Below are positions 1 through 12,500 of a DNA stretch of 64,000 nucleotides, piece by piece (positions within the stretch are counted from its first letter, which is position 1; each line of letters begins with the position of its first letter). The DNA comes from Phoronis australis (taxonomy: Eukaryota > Animalia > Phoronida). A program made the position numbers and the translations under genes. The stretch covers positions 443,846 through 507,845 of the forward strand of contig NMRA01000018.1 in assembly GCA_002633005.1 (NCBI GenBank), written 5' to 3'. Under the pieces are notes generated by a model, which saw nothing but the letters and a program-made list of their open reading frames with translations, was not told the DNA's origin and did no database searches.

Positions 1-988
1 AACCGGCCGAATAAATCAACTTAGCTTCCTGATTGAACGATCAGTGAAATCCATTTAGTCCATTCTCTACTGCCGGGAACGCTAACTGTTTTTTAAACCA
101 AAACGAAGCATTCCATCCGAAAACAACCAAATGATGGTTTTCAAACATAATGCTTCATGCGCTTCAAAACTGAGCTGTGAGCACGGCCACCCTCTGCCAA
201 AATAGAAACTCTTTATTTAAACAACTTACTGTCATAAAACAACTCTAAACGGGTTTCTTAGTCGTATAGAAGTGTAAGTGACAGAGCATGCTCAGGTCAT
301 AGAATGACCCGGAGGTTTCTAAGCTAACTTTTTGAGTCTGTTCTCGAGCAGTACCCAATTCTAAGTTCTTCCCAAGTACAGAAATTTATTTACCCTGAGT
401 AAGGAAAGTGATGAGGCCATTGGTAATAAGTGACCTAAGTAAAAATCGGAAACACTGCTTCAAGCACACATCTACGGATTTTATTAGGCTGATACGGTTC
501 ACAACTTCTTGCTTCGTGTTTCGATGGGGATTTTCGGTTCGCTTGTTTCTCAATAAAACAAATACCAAACCTAGGAAGAAAAGTAATTGTATATTTCATC
601 TGTCAGAACACTACTTAGGTGAACCGCTGAACTAACGACGGACCGGTCATATGTATTTAATTCTGCGATAAAATCGGGTTTCTAAATTCAGCAACTCCAG
701 TTAGGAACCGAAATTGAGTTTCTCTTCGGTTAACCGTGAACTTACCCATCGTGAGTGTATCCCGTCTTGGTTAAAAGAGGACTGTGTGCGAAACCAATTG
801 TTCTTGTTCCACCTTCAAATAATGTTATTTTTTCGCCTCTCAGTGGATAATTGTAACCTTTACCTCCTCTTGACACTATCCTCTCCCCTCCGTTCTGTAA
901 CGAAAACCGAGTATATGAATCTAATCTGTAACTCTGCTTCATTTCTCAGTAAGACAAATTCACAAAGATAATATCGTCAAGAAATTAA

Positions 989-2673
989 ATTGATCAGTTT
1001 GCTAAGTATTCTGGTTTGACACCCAAAATCGATAAAACTGTTTGCATATGGATTGGTTCCAAGATATGTTGTGGTGATAAACTTTGCTCTGAAAAAGATT
1101 CAAAATGGGCAAGTTCTCAGTTCACATCCCTTGGAGTTACCTTCTGTGACAACTTACAGGACATGATTCATTTAAAGTGCGATGTAAAGTTAAACGAGGG
1201 TAGGAAAGGCATTGAAAATTGGTAAAAAAATCTAACAACCTTTGGCAAGATAACGGTTGTCAAATCTTTTTATTACCGAAACTGATTCACCTCTTTTACA
1301 CACTTCCTCTTCCAAGTGCTACTTTTTTGAAGGACATTGAAAAAATATTTTTTCAATCATATATGGGGTACCTCTTCTGATAGCATCTCTATAAAGACCA
1401 TGGTACAGACTTCTGAAGATCGAGGTGGGAATAAGCATCATTTGTCAAAGCTATTAAACTGACTTGGATTCGGAGATACTTCAAAAATTATTATAACAAT
1501 ACTTCTCCTTGGCTAAACATTTTATGTGAAACTATTCCTAATATAAAAAATGTCTCTTTTCAGTTAGTTTCTTGTTTTTTTCTTTGAAGTATCTAACCGT
1601 ACTAAGAATATTTTTGAAAGGATATTTTATATCTTATACGAATTTATCAATCTGTTTGAGATAGATGACCTGTACCAATCTTTGTGGTATAACCCCAAAA
1701 TTTGTATAGACATACATGTAAGTCCAATTTTTGGAGCGAGTGGTTTCAGAAGGGTATACGATACGTATACGATTTAATTGACCCTGATAAAGGATATATT
1801 TATGATTATCATACCTTTTGTACACGTATCAATTTTGTCCTTGTATTACTCATTTTTATGGAAATTGAAGTTCAATACTTCGTTCTTGGAATCATCTAAA
1901 TACAAGAGTACTATAGTTACTCCATTTTTTCCAGAACATGTTTTTCGAATCTCCTCGGAAAATAAAGGGACGGGGAAAATCTATTAATTATTCATATCCA
2001 AATTGTATGTAAAAGCTGTCGCGGAATTGAAGTAGGAGAGATAAATTAATGTATGCGATAATACCCAGTCTTGGAAAAAATTATTCTGTAATTTATCATT
2101 GTACTTCTGATGTCAGACTCAGATGGTATCAACCACAGACATATTGGTACAAACTCTTATTTAAAGAAAATAGGTGTTAGTGAATCGTCTTTGTGTTCTT
2201 TCTGTGAGCAACACGAAGAAACAATTCCACATCTGTATTGGGAATGTTCAGTTGTTCAGAAGTTTTGGGGATTTTTAAAAACATGGATGATAAATCAGTG
2301 CGATTTCCCTGTACAGCTAAATATGTCTACCGCCATGTTTGGAGATCCAGCGTGTAGATTAGAAGTTGTAAAGTTGATTCTTTGCTTACCGAAATTTCAC
2401 TTATATAGACAAAGACTGCAAAAGACTAAGCCCAAGTTTCAGTCATTTTTGCGTGAGGTATGTGATTACCACAACCTGGAAAATTATTTACAGTTATAAA
2501 TTGGACCCTGAGAGATTCCACGCAAGCTGGTCTTCTTTTTTACCTAGAAACTAGCTTTTATATGGTTCGATAATGTTCGTAATTTGTTTGATGTACTGGA
2601 CTAGATTTCATATTGCTGTGCAACTAATGTACGTACTGATTGGTTGAATTAATAAATGTTTCATTCAAAAAAG
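989..2673 (+). mobile_element. 5'-truncated, degenerate L1/Tx1-clade non-LTR retrotransposon (RT end, C-terminal region, CCHC zinc knuckle, A-rich tail)
   Basis: Broken frames read IDQFAKYSGLTPKIDKT..IWIG, LTTFGKITVVKSFLLPKL, KAIKLTWIRRY and TNSYLKKIGVSESSLCSFCEQHEETIPHLYWEC (ORF 2110-2499). AATAAA and an A-rich tail at 2651-2673. Candidate TSD aagaaattaa at 979-988 and 2674-2683. Confidence 0.88.
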
Positions 2674-3888
2674 AAGAAATTAATGCACAAGAACACAATT
2701 TGTTAATCAATAAGTTAGGTCTGGATCTGTGTTGGACAGGAAGGATGGTCAATTATGCTGAAAATTTTAAGACTGTTGAAACACGAACATTTTAACATCG
2801 TGAAGGAGACGTTTCACAAAAACGTAAATGAGAGTCAGCCAGCTAGCGGCACACGCAGGGCAGAAGTTCCTGAGTTCTTGAGTCTTCGACTTAGAATCGC
2901 GTGGGCGTTCTCGCCGACAAGATTTTTCTCAATGATATAATTCTTTTCTGAACTTTTCACTTATGGACACAATGTCTTTCTCATGATCTGTATTTCCTTT
3001 CACACCCACAATGATTTCTCATTACGAACAGTTCTCTCCCACGAACAACTGCTCGTGTGAGGAAAGAACACTGTGTGTACGAAAAGAACTGTGGTGCATG
3101 AAAAAGTAATACAGATTGCGGGAGAAGAAATTATTTCGCATCAAAAGAATTGTGTTGCGTGAGACATGGAACTCGAGTTGTGTGTTCGCCGGCCTCTAGT
3201 GATGACAAGTGCGATTCACGTGGGCGCAAAACTAGATGTGGCTAAACGACAAAATGTTAATTGCATTGACAGGCTAATAGTTTTGTGTGAGGCATCCTTG
3301 TATATTACCGACACTTCATCCGTTTAAAAAACCTCCGAGTGTGACCGTACAAAGACATGTTGCCTTTTCTGCTGACAGGCTTGATACAAAAACTCAAGAA
3401 CATGGACACTTGATGGTGTGACGTCACACTGTTAACGCCAAGTACATTATGGTAAAAATAAAAACACATCTTCTGGCCTTTGCGTGTACTTGAGAGATCA
3501 ACCTGTTTTATCACATAAAAGAGTTGACCAGAGGTACAATGAAGCCAGAGTTTAGTTCGTGGACCGAAATTAAGCAGGATGGTACGCGAGATTCGGTTAA
3601 ATAAAGAAATGGTGTTCATAGCATAGAGCCGGGTGTGAATGTAGGCGAAGCTCTCAACCCAGCTTTGGATGCGGTTTAGGATTTTGACAATAAATAACGT
3701 TCAGCAATTGTGAGCTACCAAATATGACCGCAAAAGTTGTAGCAGTTTTTATCGCTAACTTTTTAAAATATTGAACTCTGCTTGGGCGGGTCGAAAATTG
3801 CCAATTTCACCTCAGAATAAGATAAAATATGAATGAAGCCTTTTAGAGTCAAAACAACACACTTGGAGCTCTATTAAGACCACAGTGC

Positions 3889-4054
3889 CAGTGGCGGATT
3901 TAGAGGGGGGAGGGGCCAAGGGGGCCATTGCCTCCCCTAAAACTCTCCCAGATTCCATTTGGCAGTACGGGGGTGCGAATGTCTGACGGGCAAAACCCTG
4001 GCTAATACTCTGTCCAGGCCCCCCCCCTAACTCAAAATCCTGGATCCGCCCCTG
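3889..4054. mobile_element. hAT-like MITE with 5-bp TSD
   Basis: Termini CAGTGGCGGATTT / GGATCCGCCCCTG; TSD agtgc at 3884-3888 and 4055-4059. Confidence 0.75.
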
Positions 4055-4684
4055 AGTGCAGCCATAGAAAAGAAAACGAGACATGTTTACTAGCCTTGAT
4101 TCACGACTCGAGTTTTGCGACCATCTCCAAATTAAATAAAACATTCAACACTCGAGAGCCATTAGGTGGAATGGAGTGAACAAGGTAATAGTCGTATTAC
4201 CTAAGCAGGGCTCAATACATTTTAAATTACCAGCAAGACGGATTACAGGGCGCTTTTCTAAGCCCTCGTCTTAAGCGAGCCTTCTGTTTCAAACACGTGT
4301 TCACCTGATTTCTTAAATAATCCCACAGTCACCGGCGTGACAACACGATGTTTTGTTACACGACCATTGATACTCCTGTCCTTTGACTGGCTACAAAACG
4401 TGATACAGTGACTTCCATTATAAGGTGATGTGTGAGTATGGAAAATCACTGTTTATTCTAGCCCCCCCCAAATGACACAGGTCGCAATTCGTGAATGAAC
4501 TGACCAATTACAAGCTGCCAAACCATAAACTCCTGACGATGACAGTACACCAAAGCAGATAAAAATGCCAATCTATTAAGCAACGGAGAAATAAGGAAAG
4601 AAGCACCAGTGGTCGTATAATAAAACATATGTCGTAGTTGCATAGAACTTGGGATAACAACGCTGCTCTCCCTCAATCTTCGTA

Positions 4685-5136
4685 CCAGGATTTTCCGTAG
4701 ATAAGCTCACCCAATGAAACGCCCATGGGTGTATATTCGGAAAATTATGCCAAATAAAGGCCCATTAACGTTTATTTGGTGTCACAACTTCTCGTGTCAA
4801 GTGTCCAGATAGTGAGGCGTTTATTCGGAAAATGTCCTCTTAAAAGCACACTTAGCGTCAACGTTTAGCCACAAATTCAATTTTGTGGAACATTTATCAT
4901 TTATAGAAACGAACGAAGTGTTGGCGAACTGTGTATTAATTAACTTAAAATTAAAAAAGCAGAATTTTGTGCAACAAAAATTGCTGATATTTTAAAAGCA
5001 GTCGAGGCTATGGCTTTCCGTTTACAAACCCCCCTTTCCGAATTAACGCCCGGTTGTTTATTTGGTATTACTGAAATGCCTAAAAATTTTCATTTTCAGA
5101 ATACACGCCCATGGGCTTATCTACGGAAAACCTCGT
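4685..5136. mobile_element. pogo/Tc1-like MITE
   Basis: Imperfect long TIRs (ttttccgtagataagc..cccatggg.gtatattc versus gaatacacgcccatgggcttatctacggaaaa), flanked by TA. Confidence 0.55.
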
Positions 5137-6472
5137 TATAACCAAATATTCAGAACATCGTGGTCGATTCATATTTACATAAAATGTTTGGGACGCTACA
5201 TGTGCCCTTTACTTACGTCCGATATAAAAATAATGATGGTGTTGTCGTACATGTTTTTGCTTTTTAACGCCGAAGTCAAGTTGCCGACACTTTCATCTAA
5301 ACTTGCTACCATTCCTGATAATATAGAACAACATGATTTTTAGCACCTGTATAAATATATACGCATACGTGCATACATGCGTACATACATGAACGAGGCG
5401 TAAGCGAAATAAACAGTGGCAGCAGATAGGACAAGAGAGTGTGAATGTAACACACATTATGAAGAACATAAGCCTAACAGAACACAGCCCTGAGTGTGCT
5501 GCCAACATTTGTGAGCTGCTCAAAAAGCACAGATTCATGACTGATCAACAGAGACTTCAAAATGTTTAAACCAAATGGGTCATTTGCTACACAGCGAGTA
5601 TTGGTATGATCTGCTATTTCTTTCCTAGTTATTTTCCGGCCACGTTGATGTAAAACTTGGTCCTGGATGGACCCACCCCGCAAATGCATGGACAACTGTT
5701 GGGAGGAAGAGCATACCGTGTGTCCAACGTAATGCACAACGAGAATGAGGACGAAAACATTCATCCGGCATATGACATGTGAATTTATAATAAACAACCT
5801 TTCACCTGGTTACTGGTAACCATCTTTCCCGACTGGGATTGTTTTTCATGACAAGGCTAGGTGCCTTAAATGTTCTGATACCGATCAATCAATCACTTGG
5901 TTCAAACGCTGACAACCTTGCCATTGTCTCCAACGATCTTTTTAATTAAGAAGACGTTCACCTCTCAGAGGCATTACACATACAGTTAATGCGTATTGGA
6001 AGAACCGATGTAAATTCACAAATATACACTTCCTCTCAGACCTGTTTTTCACATGTTTAGTGACCTGGGTAGTTTCAACTATTCTGGCTCGTGATTGGTC
6101 GTAACATGACATCGGATAACCCTTCCAACAAGGGCACAGACTGGTCCCTCTTCATGCTAAATTGCCTTTTACTCTTAAATCGAGAAATGTGTTGCCATTA
6201 TCTAGAGGACGCCAACATGGTGCGCCGGCTGCACGGGAAATAGTCTTGGAAAGGAAATATGTGTACGTGAGAATCAATGGAATAGCAAGGGCGGGAGAAA
6301 AAAATTGTGAGTGTACAGGCTAGCGGAGTGCACAGACAAGAGAGTCTGATTGTCTTTGGATGAGAAGTGCCATCAGTCATCCTTTGACAGACAGTGCTAC
6401 TGATCTTCCGCACAGGGAAAGAGTGTGCGTCTCCTTTGCGTGTATCGCGATCCACCGTCTACGTCAACTTAC

Positions 6473-6536
6473 CGCAATATTTCCGTCGACCATCGTCTTG
6501 TATGCCCGCACAAAGATTTTCGTATTCGGGTGTGAC
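6473..6536 (-). CDS. ARSB: Arylsulfatase exon 6
   Basis: ttttag|VTPEYENLCAGIQDDGRRKYC-G|gtaagt; matches the ARSB VP..Y...IQD..R..YAG segment. Confidence 0.85.
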
Positions 6537-9500
6537 CTAAAACAATATCAGTCAACTTATATTCAATTTTGAATCACGAAAATGGACATATCTAAATCGA
6601 AATGTAGGCTTATCTGCCACGTCCCTGTGATATCACCAATTCAACTATTTACTCGTATGTATGAATAAATTGCTGTATTTGTGCATTCAGTATCCATTGG
6701 GAAATCTTTACAGAACGACACAGGGCTCAATGAGAGTGAAAGGAGAACCCATGATGCGGGAATTGCCTAGTCGTTCATGTCACTTTTATGGACAGTGAGT
6801 ACAAGGTAGGGGGGGGGGGGGGGGGNGAGTCTTTTATTAACACGGAAATAAGGCCAAAGAATATTGGATAACTGGTACTGTGGTGCGTTTCATGAAGTGA
6901 CTTAAAACTTAAGAGAGAAATTTGGTTTTACACTACCAATTCACATGTTGCTAAATAAAAGTCTTGCCAACAAATTTTGAGCGCATCACAGTCTAGAAAT
7001 AATTTATGGAAATTATTTCACTAAGTAGTGCTTACCTGTATATTCTGGGAAAAATTTCACTTTCGCTCGCGTGGGATTTAATTGTTTTTCAGAAAAAGTG
7101 TGGAGCCTAAGATCAAATTTCTGACTTAAGCCCTAAGTTACTTTTCATGAAAAAGAACCCTGGTCTGAAAAATGGTGCAGTGAAGTGCATTTTTTGTTAG
7201 TTGTCCATATTTCCAACAAGAAAAAGACGCCTGATATCAACTGAAAGGATGTGTCAGAATCTTTCTCAGCTTTACCTCCTAAGTCACCTGATGCCAGCTA
7301 GGAGGCATAGGCTTCAAAATGAGGCGTGCGCGAAAACGAAAGAACACAAAATGGTGACCGCTGAAGCAATTGATCCGTGGGGTTGGAATTTGGGTGGTGG
7401 CACAGCAAATGCAACTCAATATTTTTATTAAACGTAACATCAAGAATACTTAAGAACCCTGCACCAGTCTTAACGCAATTATACTTACGCTTTTATTGCA
7501 GTTAACAAAATACGTAAATGTTAAATATTTTTCAACGAATAGTCCGAAGTCTTGATTTTTGACGACTTGGTTTTTTCTATATAGGCCTTACTAATTTTTC
7601 CTTTTTTCATACTTGATTGCAACTGACAGGATATAGAGATGAAAATTTCAATTTTTGTGTGAAATTTGTCAATTATATGACAGCGGGGACTTAAAAATCG
7701 CACAATCACGTAATTACAAACAGCAAGGCATTATTTTCGGGTTGTAGTAGGTTTCTGCAATCATCAAGGATTTGAAGAAATATGATTTCATGGGTTGAAG
7801 AGTTGCATTTTAAAAGATACTAAAGAGCTGTGACCCTTGGTGGCGAAAGTAGTCACCTGCCTTGATTTTAGCGAATGTCTGACAGACAACGACGAGCATT
7901 GGCAATTTTTAGTAATAAAATCAAAGGAACACGCCGGATTCTGTCGTTTTATAATTGTGGTCAAAGCTAGTAACTTCGAGAAGTCTATCCTATCCAGCAG
8001 TAATCACAAAATACGTTTTTCGGCTGTAATAAGACCGATGATGTAACTTCTAGAAACACAAACTGAAATCTTTTAAAAATTACCATCCATTCTATAAACT
8101 TTTCGCAATAATCGTCGAAAATTTTGTCTCAACAGAGGCCCATAACTTTACATATATGATATTTCACGGTTTAAATGAGCAAGCAATTCTTACCTGTATC
8201 GGTTCATGTGGTGACAAGTGCGCCATGTAGAGAAAGAGGGGCTTGCTCACGTCATGGTTGTTGATAATATCAACGGCTTTTTCAGACAGCAAGGTCTGGA
8301 AACTCAAGCAGTCAATTAAAAGAAACAATTTGTCGTGCCTTTATAATTCAGAGAATGATTTCAGGGCCCTATGTTGAACGAGTTGAATCCCGTGTTTTGT
8401 TGCTTATACTTTACTGCAGAGCAGAAAGTTGGTAGAATGTCAGTAGAATTGTTTTATCTTAAAACGAAATCAAGAGTCCAAATCTTCTTCATTTTTTGTA
8501 TCTTCCATGCATAAACGATTAGTCTCGCTTGCCAGTTTGGACTTTGAAAAGAGTTTTTGGACTTGCTGCTAACACTTGAGAGTTGACGTGAGTTATAGAG
8601 CAATATAATATTTCAGAAAGCTAGATCGGAAAGTCCGTGTTCTCATCTGTTAAAAGGCCTAACAGGTTTTAAAAGTGTTGAAAGTTCGGTCTTCTTACCG
8701 TAGCGTATTTTCCGACCTGATCCGTAACAGGAAGTTCGTTATCGCGCAGATCCGTATACCCCCTTAAAGTGTGTTGAAAGTAGTCCAGCTTGCCGTTGTA
8801 GTTTCCATAGAACGAGTCAAACCCACGATATGTAGGCGTGCAGTTCCAGCTACACTGACCAAGATGCCATCTTTGAAAGAAGTTTTAACTTAAAAGTTGT
8901 CATGACACTACAAATTGGCTACACTTGATTGACCACGCCGGTTCCGCCGGGTTAACCAGCTAAGACATCTGATTGGTTCTTGGCGGAAATTTACTGTTTA
9001 CACCCTATGTCTGAGCTCGTTGAACCTGCGGAACCGGCAAAGTCAATCAAATGCAGCCAATGTTTTATTCCTCTGTCTACACCTAAGGGCTGCGCTTTCT
9101 ATGACCACAAAAGCTTTGGTATAACAGTGGCTGCAAGTTCGCTCCACTTGTTCAGTCGGTTAAATGGGCTAAGGCATTTGATTGGCTTGTAGGCCGGAAG
9201 ACATCATCGAGAACCAATCGACGCATGCCTTAACCAATTGACCTGTTGAACTGGCGGAGTTAAAAGAACAACCAATGAAATCAATATCAAAAAAGGCAAG
9301 CGTGGTTGGGACCCGCGCCTGCTTGTTTTTCCTCGTTGAATTACGCGGACATACTTTTTCTCAACTGTCACATGCATCGTTTTCCTATGTTTTTAATTTG
9401 AAGAAACACAAAGTGTTTTTCCTTGTACTATGTGACGTTATTGTATTCATGCTCCAGGTGTCTTCTGCCAAATTTAAGTTCTAACGAAAAATATCTGTTT

Positions 9501-12500
9501 TACGTTTCCCAAATTTAAAAAAGAGAAACAGTTGGATCAAACAAAGTGTGTTGCTAAAACACGAGCAAATCAAAAACTTCAACTCTGCATGTATTTCATT
9601 TCCCACAAACAAAATTTCCAAAAAATAATTACACTGTACTTTTGCTACGTCTCATTCCACGTTGGGGGCCATTTTATGGTTCTTCATCAGATATTCGAAA
9701 AATTCACTTTGGAATTTTATAACTAAACTCTGTTTATTTTGTAAACAATTAATGTCACACTGAAGAGCGCCATTTGGTAGTAAGTCTTGATTAATTTTTT
9801 TATCTAAAGCTTAAAGAGTATCTTAAACAAGGTGATGATGACGTTTCCCTCAAAGAGTGACTTTCGGCTCAAATAAGTGGCCGGAAGAAAAGGTAAGAGT
9901 GGACACACTTCGACAACTCAGAAACCCTTTTGGCACCCCCAAATTTCGCACCTGATGGTACAAGTGATTGGGATCACGTGGCCCTTCCCCCTCTAGCTCC
10001 TGTAGTCGTACACACAGACAAAGCCCATATAACTACTCTAAATATGATTCATAAGGCTGTATAGATGGCGTTGTCCTCTTACTTGCCGACCATATGCGTC
10101 GCGTAGTTGAGGTCCTTCATGTACTCAGGCAACATCTTTAGTTCGAGTGGCACACAATGAGGCCTGTCGGGCATGATAACGGCGTGTTGCTGGCCCGTTC
10201 TAAACGGATACAAACCCGTCATATAGGCTGTTCGAGACCTTGAAAACAAGTAATGGTCGTTATGCAGTATATGCCGCCCTAACTCATCTGCTAAACCATG
10301 ATGCCCTTATGGGAGAGGCAGTTTGGTATTGGAAGATTTGGTAGGAACATGCCGCCGACTTGAGTAGGTGTTTTGGTATCACCTCGAGTGGATATTTTGC
10401 CATTTAAGGTATTGTGTCGAGCTTTTTTCTTCAATGACGGACTAGCATATTTAGTTCTCCGCTATAGGATCGCTAACACCATTTCACCTCTCCATGGGCT
10501 GTTTCTTTGTTATTGGTATACTACCATGAACGCATTACGGGGACGGGGGAGGGGAGGGGGCGTGAAATTATCCTACGCCTAGTACGTTGCGGCAATGCTA
10601 TATCATATGCCGCCTTCCCCCTCTCTCCCAAACAGTCCAGTTAGGGCTATACCTACAGTGTATAACCGATTGTGAGAATGAAATTCGATGAGAACTTGCT
10701 TGCTTAGTTAATGAAGACTTCTAAAAGCTCTCACAAGTATTTTATGCGACCTTTGTTTTCTTAAAAACTAATTCAACGGTTGAAACGGAGTGGTTCACTT
10801 CCGTGTGTCTTGTATCGACCGCAAAATATGACATACAAATTTGCATTTTTGCTCGAATTTACTATAATCTGGTGTAAAGAGAAAATGAATTGGGTTTTTC
10901 ATTGTCTTGTTCAACGACTTGTTCCTCCCGTAGGTTTTAGGCATCAAAATAATGAGTGCACTTTAGAAGCGCAACTTCAGTCACGTGCTGTTCGTGTCCG
11001 CGATATATATTCGCTTGTTTAGTCAGACGTCATTTTGACGTTTCGAGCCCTGTCAAATAAATGTAAAATGCCAAAATTAAAAACAATAATAATAATGAGG
11101 CCAAATTAACGTGGCGCTGTAACTTACTAAGCACTTCGAAAATAATTATCTACCCATGAACCTGGACATCCAGTCCTTCTGAACTCCCCGGGAGCATACC
11201 ATGAGTGTAACCTTTGTCGGAGCACACCGATTAATCCAAACACATGATTTTGTAAAAATTTCAAGTACTAAATTGCTCCCGTGGTTACCTGTATCGGAAA
11301 AATCTAAGTCCTAAAAAATACTTAAAAATGTCATGTGACTGTGGGTTCAAATTGCGTCATATTAGTCGCTTCATCGCTAAACATACAAATGTGCATTTTC
11401 TTTTCCAGTGACAAGAGAAAGATATACTGTCGGACGAATAACGAATGGAAGTGGAATACACGTAATCAAAATTCTAAAAATGCATGGACTTTTTGTTTAC
11501 TAACTGTAATCAGAAGCAGATCAAGCTTTTTACGAAAAGGGACTTGAAAAAAAACGATAGAATTCTGAAGACAGTAATAGCAAACAATGAACAAAAAGGG
11601 GTTTCTGCGCCGCGAGATTTATAAAAATGGAAAAAAGCATAAATCGTATTATTCTAAGTACTTTTTATTTGTCTCTTTGACTCAAAAGGGGGGTCGACGG
11701 CAGCTCAATACACAAGTGTACATCGGACGAATCGTTCGGAGTCGAGGGCTGATCACGGCCAGATTCGTTAGCTGCGGAAGCGCGCACTTGAAGGATCAGA
11801 AAGTTTACGAAGAATCTATTCTTGTTCATCTTATAACGAGAAAAATTTGAGGGGACATAAAGAACTCCACGAAAGGGCGATTTTCACGGAAGTCTCTTAT
11901 AAAGGAACATGGTTCTTTATCTCGTCATCTCTCAAAACTAGTGGGTTTTTATCGCGCCTGCTCTCTAAATGGGTGGATATCCCCACGATGTCTCCTCGAT
12001 AAGAATGGCAGAGTCATGCTAGCCGAGTAACTAAGCACTGGTGTCGCATTTATCCAGACATGGTAGTCGGGTACGAGAATCGTTTTTTCTTAAGTATTTA
12101 ACTTATGGACATTGGCAAAATTTTCAATACTTTTACAGCACGGAGGGACGTCCGTGTAATGTAAAATTTGAACCAATTGCCATAGTAAAATTGTGCTATG
12201 TGCTCGTTTAAATGCGTACACTACATTACTTACATAGAAATGTAAAGCCTCGAGTTTTCACCTGTATTTCACAAATAGGCGTTGACACATTTATTACGAA
12301 GTTATCAAATGTCTCCGATAAACAATTACTTGTACATGTAACTCAAAAGCGCGTTAATAACAAACGTGCGAAAATGCCAACCCAATGTAAAATACCGTAT
12401 AGACCTAACTCAGGCGGCAGACATTAAAATCCAAAGCGAGGCTCGATGCGATAAACAAAGTGGAAGTTTTTTCAGTGACATTCCGTGAGTTAAATGGCCG

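Noticed and set aside
394-570. Minus-strand open 177-nt segment with AG/GT borders and phase 1, as sulfatase exon 7
   Set aside because: The translation (GLVFVLLRNKRTENPH...) lacks the expected LDEAVG/DNG/PLRG motifs, so it is not assigned.
5900-5975. PLRGE and GDNG peptides resembling sulfatase motifs
   Set aside because: Wrong order, different frames and flanked by stops.
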